DNA of 10,382 bases from Myxococcota bacterium (GTDB lineage: Bacteria; Myxococcota; UBA727; CAYLZW01): contig JBMTAX010000057.1 of NCBI GenBank assembly GCA_049429145.1, positions 1 through 10,382 on the forward strand, given 5' to 3'. The notes under the pieces were generated by a model. That model saw only the letters and a list, made by a program, of their open reading frames with translations. It was not told the origin of the DNA and did no database searches. Position numbers and translations under genes: made by a program. This document shows positions 7,081 to 10,382 of the stretch, one piece after another (position 1 is the first letter of the stretch; every line of letters starts with the position of its first letter).

Positions 7081-7255
7081 ATAAGACTTTGAATCATATG
7101 GTTTTTTATCATCGCCGGGCTTAGGCGAGCGCGAAAAACGAGGTAAAGATACCTCATATATCTCAGTTCAGTGCTGCTATCTCCCCGGGAATAGACGTGT
7201 ACACGCAAAAAGAGTCCTATCACCATGTTTGAGGTAAAAAAGCCTCACCCAGGAA
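7081..7255. other. AT-rich island (~40% GC in a ~66% GC background) between the ferritin-like gene and rph; probable promoter/leader region
   Basis: Composition read directly. It contains the hairpins GAGGTA-aaga-TACCTC (7140-7155) and TGAGG-taaaaaagc-CCTCA (7230-7247), which share the word GAGGTAAA. A TTGAAT...TATCAT pair lies at ~7089-7112. The 10-bp palindrome at 7196-7205 is also inside it. Confidence 0.5.
7196..7205. promoter_or_regulatory. Perfect 10-bp palindrome CGTGTACACG about 100 bp upstream of the rph start
   Basis: Read directly. It is a candidate operator for a dimeric regulator. No identity is assigned. Confidence 0.25.
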
Positions 7256-7306
7256 AGACGGCGAGCCCGACTTGCTCGACTCCCCCTGCTCTGGAAGAAG
7301 CGCGGG

Positions 7307-8044
7307 ATGCGAGTCGACGGCAGGCAATCCACCGAACTTCGTCCCGTTCAGTTTCAGACGGGCTTTCTTGAGCACCACCGTGGCAGCGTTTTGGTGTCGT
7401 TTGGACGGACCCGGGTACTCGTCACCGCCACCCATGAAGAGCGGGTTCCCCCTCACCGCGTGTCCTCGGGAGGGGGGTGGTTGACGGCGGAGTACGCGAT
7501 GCTGCCAGCCTCCACCCATGAGCGACGTCGGCGGGACATCAGCACCGGTCGTCCCGATGGCCGCAGCGTCGAGATCCAGAGGCTCATCGGCCGGGCCCTC
7601 CGCAACGTGGTGCGTCTCGATGACCTCGGCCCCATCACCCTTCACGTGGACTGCGACGTTCTGCAGGCCGACGGGGGAACCCGCACCGCAGCGATCACCG
7701 GAGCGTGGGTCGCGTTGCGCTTGTGCCTCGAGGACCTGCGCGCCCGCAAGCTGTTGAAGTGTCCCGTGGAGAAGGTCCTCACGGCGCAGGTGGCGGCAGT
7801 TTCCCTCGGTCTCGTGAAGGGCGAGGTGTTCACGGACCTCTGCTACGAAGAAGACGCGCGGGCAGACACCGATCTCAACCTCGTCGCACGCCAGGATGGC
7901 CTCTTGATCGAGGTCCAAGGCACCGCGGAAGGCGACGCCATGAGCCGCGCCCAGCTCGATCGGCTGGTTGACCAGGGCATGGAGGCGATCGCGGCTCTCT
8001 GTCGCCTGCAACAGGCGGCGATAGCGCAGGCGCTCCATGGCTGA
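7307..8044 (+). CDS. rph: Ribonuclease PH
   Basis: Full-length similarity to E. coli RNase PH. MRVDGRQSTELRPVQFQTGF matches [20 protein letters not shown]. The motifs GWLTAEYAMLP.STHER, EIQRLIGRALR, DCDVLQADGGTRTAAITGAWVAL and NLVARQDGLLIEVQGTAEG are present. Confidence 0.9.
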   Translation: MRVDGRQSTELRPVQFQTGFLEHHRGSVLVSFGRTRVLVTATHEERVPPHRVSSGGGWLTAEYAMLPASTHERRRRDISTGRPDGRSVEIQRLIGRALRNVVRLDDLGPITLHVDCDVLQADGGTRTAAITGAWVALRLCLEDLRARKLLKCPVEKVLTAQVAAVSLGLVKGEVFTDLCYEEDARADTDLNLVARQDGLLIEVQGTAEGDAMSRAQLDRLVDQGMEAIAALCRLQQAAIAQALHG

Positions 8045-8699
8045 TGCCCTCCGTGCCATTGTACTCGCGACGCAGAACGAGAAAAAACGGCGAGAGCTCG
8101 CTGAGCTCGTGGCGGGTCGGTTCGTCGTCCGCACATTGGCAGACGACGGCCTCGGGGACCTGGAAATCATCGAGGATGCAGACACTTTCGCGGGAAACGC
8201 CCGGCGCAAAGCGGATGCGGTGTACAAAGCCCTGGCACAGCGCGGCCGCCTCCACGACGTCGTGGCGGTGTTGGCCGATGACAGTGGGCTGATGGTCGAT
8301 GCCCTCGACGGACGCCCTGGCGTGCGGAGCGCTCGCTTCGCTGCAGATCATGGGCTCGAGGCCGGCGACGAGGCGAACAACGTCCTCCTGCTGCAGCAGC
8401 TCGCAGGTGTGAGTGTAGACCGTCGGTCCGCCCGATTCTGTTGTGCCATCTACGTTCGAATCAGCGACGAGCGTAGCGCCGAGGCCTTCGGGACCGTCGA
8501 GGGACACATCGCCACCGACCTGCAGGGGGCGGGCGGGTTCGGATACGATCCACTCTTCGTGCCTGACGAGCACCCTGGTCGGCGGATGGCGGAACTGTCG
8601 AGCGATGAGAAGCATCGCATCAGTCACCGAGGCAAAGCGATGCGGCTTGCGCTCGAAGAACTTGAGAGCCTTCTGACCCACGGAAGCGCGCGGTCCTAG
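8037..8699 (+). CDS. rdgB: dITP/XTP pyrophosphatase (Ham1/RdgB family)
   Basis: IVLATQNEKKRRE is the N-terminal nucleotide-binding motif. DDSGLMVDALDGRPGVRSARF, the FGYDPLF motif and the SHRGKA motif are also present. Its ATG overlaps the rph TGA (ATGGCTGA), the conserved rph-rdgB arrangement. Confidence 0.9.
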   Translation: MADALRAIVLATQNEKKRRELAELVAGRFVVRTLADDGLGDLEIIEDADTFAGNARRKADAVYKALAQRGRLHDVVAVLADDSGLMVDALDGRPGVRSARFAADHGLEAGDEANNVLLLQQLAGVSVDRRSARFCCAIYVRISDERSAEAFGTVEGHIATDLQGAGGFGYDPLFVPDEHPGRRMAELSSDEKHRISHRGKAMRLALEELESLLTHGSARS

Positions 8700-8778
8700 C
8701 CGCGACTGACGGCGGCGGGCACGGGCGGGCCGGACGGTCCGTCGGTGGGAAGCGCACATCGACGTGCACCTGCCGCCA

Positions 8779-9486
8779 TCAGCGTCCTTTGCTGACGACC
8801 TTGACGTCGAGCCCCTCACGCACGAGCAACCCTCGCCCTCGTTGCTCGATGTAGCCTCGTCGTTGGAACTCGCTCAAGGCGCGGCTCACGGTCTCACGGC
8901 TGGTCCCGATTCGTGAGGCGATGTGCTGTTGCGTTGGCATCTTGCGGATGAAGATGCCCTCCTCGACATCATCACCCTCCTCCTCGGCCCGCTCCATGAG
9001 GAAGCGGGCGACGCGGCCGTACACGTCGAGGAGCGCGAGGTTGCCGATGCTTTCATCGGCGCGCCGAAGGCGCACGCACATCTCCGTCATGACGTTGATG
9101 GTGATCGAAGGGTAGCGCTGAAGAACGCTAAAGAAGTCTTTACGCGACAAGCGCAGCATGTGTGCGTCGCGGGTCACGGTCACATTGGCGGAGCGTGCTT
9201 CGCCATCGATGAGAGACATCTCACCAAAGAAGGCACCCGAGGTCAGGGTCGAAAGAATAACCTCGCGTCCGTTGTCGCTCCATAACGACACTTTCGCATC
9301 ACCATCGACGATGATGTAGAGCGCATCGCCGGGATCGAGAGCCGACACCACGACAGCATCACGAGGGTAGTGCTTCTCGGTGAGAAGCAAGGCGAGCCGG
9401 TTGAGGTCGTCGTCATCGAGCCCGGCGAACACGGGGACATCACGCAAGAGTGCAATCGCGGGCTTTCCCCCAGAGGCGAGCGACAT
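8779..9486 (-). CDS. Crp/Fnr-family transcriptional regulator (cNMP-binding domain plus C-terminal HTH)
   Basis: It has an N-terminal cyclic-nucleotide-binding beta-roll (GDALYIIVDGDAKV...FFGEMSLIDGEARSANVTV) and a C-terminal HTH (QQHIASRIGTSRETVSRALSEFQRRGYI). A GAGGAG sequence lies 4 nt upstream of the ATG at 9486 on the minus strand. Confidence 0.85.
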   Translation of the reverse strand: MSLASGGKPAIALLRDVPVFAGLDDDDLNRLALLLTEKHYPRDAVVVSALDPGDALYIIVDGDAKVSLWSDNGREVILSTLTSGAFFGEMSLIDGEARSANVTVTRDAHMLRLSRKDFFSVLQRYPSITINVMTEMCVRLRRADESIGNLALLDVYGRVARFLMERAEEEGDDVEEGIFIRKMPTQQHIASRIGTSRETVSRALSEFQRRGYIEQRGRGLLVREGLDVKVVSKGR

Positions 9487-9555
9487 GGGACTCCTCTTGT
9501 CCGCAGCAGCGGAGGCAGGAAGGGACGGTAACGACGATACCCGCCAAGGGTCAAG

Positions 9556-9936
9556 CTAGCGCCGTCCCCGGTTCGACGTGCGTGACGACGGTCTATCCCG
9601 CTCAGCCAATGCCTCGCGCACCAACTCATCGAGGATGGCGCGGGCCTCGTCGTCGAAACCAGACAGTTCGATGGCACAGCCGCCCTGGGCGCTCCGGACC
9701 ACCTTCCCCTCCCCTTGCAGGAAGTGGGCGCCGTCCCGGGTGGTGAGCTGCACATAGACGCGCGTTCCCGCGGGACGGTCGGTGAGGGTCGCCACGAACA
9801 ATCCACTCTGGCTCACGTTAAGGGCGTAGTCAGTGTGCAGCTCGTCCCTCGCGTCAAAGCGATATTGCACGAGCAGGGGCACAGAGACCCTGTGGTGTCG
9901 ACGATCGGAGTGGTCGCGGTCTTGTTCGTCAACCAT
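9556..9936 (-). CDS. Stand-alone PilZ-domain protein (putative c-di-GMP receptor)
   Basis: It is 126 aa. The N-terminal RxxxR motif is DRRHHRV, and the downstream D/NxSxxG motif is NVSQSGLFV, in the correct spacing for PilZ. It lies 69 bp upstream of the Crp/Fnr gene on the same strand, and the RBS is weak. Confidence 0.7.
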   Translation of the reverse strand: MVDEQDRDHSDRRHHRVSVPLLVQYRFDARDELHTDYALNVSQSGLFVATLTDRPAGTRVYVQLTTRDGAHFLQGEGKVVRSAQGGCAIELSGFDDEARAILDELVREALAERDRPSSRTSNRGRR

Positions 9937-9954
9937 GTCGAGGGAAAGACTACC

Positions 9955-10191
9955 CTAGGTGGATGGGTCCCAGTGAGCGGGGAAGCGGGCAAGCGGGCAA
10001 GCGGTGATGCAGGGAGCAGCGTATTGACACGAACCGCCCGCATCAATGGTAAGCCCCTGCAAGCAGAAGCGGCCGTCATCGTCGTCCTGGCCTTTGGGGG
10101 AGGCCTGTCCGGTTTGACGGGGCAACTCCACTTCCACGTCGTGGTAGGCGACGGCGTCTTCGATGATGACGGGACGTTCCACCCACTCCAC
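9955..10191 (-). CDS. Hypothetical small acidic, Cys-containing protein (GTG start); real status and coding strand uncertain
   Basis: The ORF is in the same frame as the PilZ gene and 18 nt upstream of it, terminated by TAG. Its sequence is VEWVERPVIIEDAVAYHDVEVELPRQ...CLQGLTIDAGGSCQYAAPCITACP. The frame upstream of the GTG (to a stop at 10282-10284) also reads protein-like but has no canonical start. The antisense plus-strand frame is open to the window end, so the strand cannot be resolved from composition alone. Confidence 0.25.
   Translation of the reverse strand: MEWVERPVIIEDAVAYHDVEVELPRQTGQASPKGQDDDDGRFCLQGLTIDAGGSCQYAAPCITACPLARFPAHWDPST
9976..10007. repeat. Imperfect 8-nt tandem repeat AGCGGGNA x4
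   Basis: Read directly: agcgggga agcgggca agcgggca agcggtga. It is not a multiple of 3, so it is not an amino-acid repeat, and it could be prone to slippage. Confidence 0.5.
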
Positions 10192-10382
10192 GAGCTCACG
10201 GACGACGACGTTGCCAGCGTCCTCGAGCAGATCGTCCGTCGCGTCGCAGTCCTCCTCGAGGACGAACTCACGGCTGAGGCCTCAGACCTCGCCACGACGT
10301 CATTGCCCTGCTGTCGCAGCGGACTCTTCCCCAGCAAGTCTCCCGCTTCGGTGAAACCTCGAGCCCGAAGTGGCTCTGCGTA

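Noticed and set aside
6934-7306. Search for a tRNA or other RNA gene in the rph upstream intergenic region
   Set aside because: I could find no T-loop (GTTCGAnTC) or cloverleaf-consistent arms. The structures present are simple hairpins.
7220-8227. 335-aa minus ORF antisense to rph
   Set aside because: rph homology on the plus strand is unequivocal. The minus ORF is Ser/Arg/Ala-rich shadow.
7875-8819. 314-aa minus ORF antisense to rdgB
   Set aside because: The same reasoning applies. rdgB motifs (FGYDPLF, SHRGKA) define the plus strand as coding.
9243-9806. 187-aa minus ORF spanning the crp/pilZ junction in another frame
   Set aside because: It is an alternative-frame shadow (Ser/Pro/Thr/Arg-rich) across two genes that each have clear domain signatures.
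9955-9957. In-frame TAG between the small ORF and pilZ as a possible recoded (readthrough or pyrrolysine) codon
   Set aside because: PilZ is complete as a stand-alone domain with RxxxR near its own N-terminus. Nothing requires readthrough, and no pyl machinery is evident, so an ordinary stop is the simplest reading.
9813-10337. 174-aa minus ORF (S/T/R/P-rich)
   Set aside because: Its composition is diagnostic of an off-frame translation in high-GC DNA, and it overlaps the PilZ gene out of frame.
1-10382. Mobile elements, CRISPR arrays, integrase or transposase genes
   Set aside because: I could see no terminal inverted repeats, repeat-spacer arrays or transposase/integrase-like ORFs. Apart from MVP, the gene content is chromosomal core or envelope.

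Overview
This is a high-GC (~two-thirds G+C) bacterial chromosomal segment that is densely coding on both strands; the composition and gene content (PilZ, DUF4397 lipoprotein) suggest a myxobacterial or other deltaproteobacterial-type genome. I can support eight protein-coding genes: (1) a full-length homologue of the eukaryotic major vault protein (MVP), with N-terminal MVP repeats, the shoulder domain and a long C-terminal cap-helix coiled coil, which is the standout feature; (2) a convergent PlsC-type 1-acyl-sn-glycerol-3-phosphate acyltransferase; (3) a secreted lipoprotein of about 680 aa built from six DUF4397-like repeats; (4) an orphan ferritin-like diiron-carboxylate protein carrying two E...E-x-x-H motifs; (5,6) the conserved housekeeping pair rph (RNase PH) and rdgB (Ham1-family dITP/XTP pyrophosphatase), overlapping by 8 nt; (7,8) a probable minus-strand operon of a stand-alone PilZ (c-di-GMP receptor) followed by a Crp/Fnr-family regulator. 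Non-coding features are a 415-bp leader upstream of the MVP gene with a consensus Shine-Dalgarno, a strong bidirectional hairpin between the convergent MVP and plsC genes, tandem hairpins with G7 loops after the ferritin-like gene, and an atypically AT-rich ~180-bp island upstream of rph that holds two GAGGTAAA-stem hairpins and a perfect 10-bp palindrome. I found no tRNA, rRNA, CRISPR or recognisable mobile element. Several long ORFs in the supplied track are antisense shadows of the real genes and are rejected. The right-hand 430 bp is ambiguous as to coding strand.
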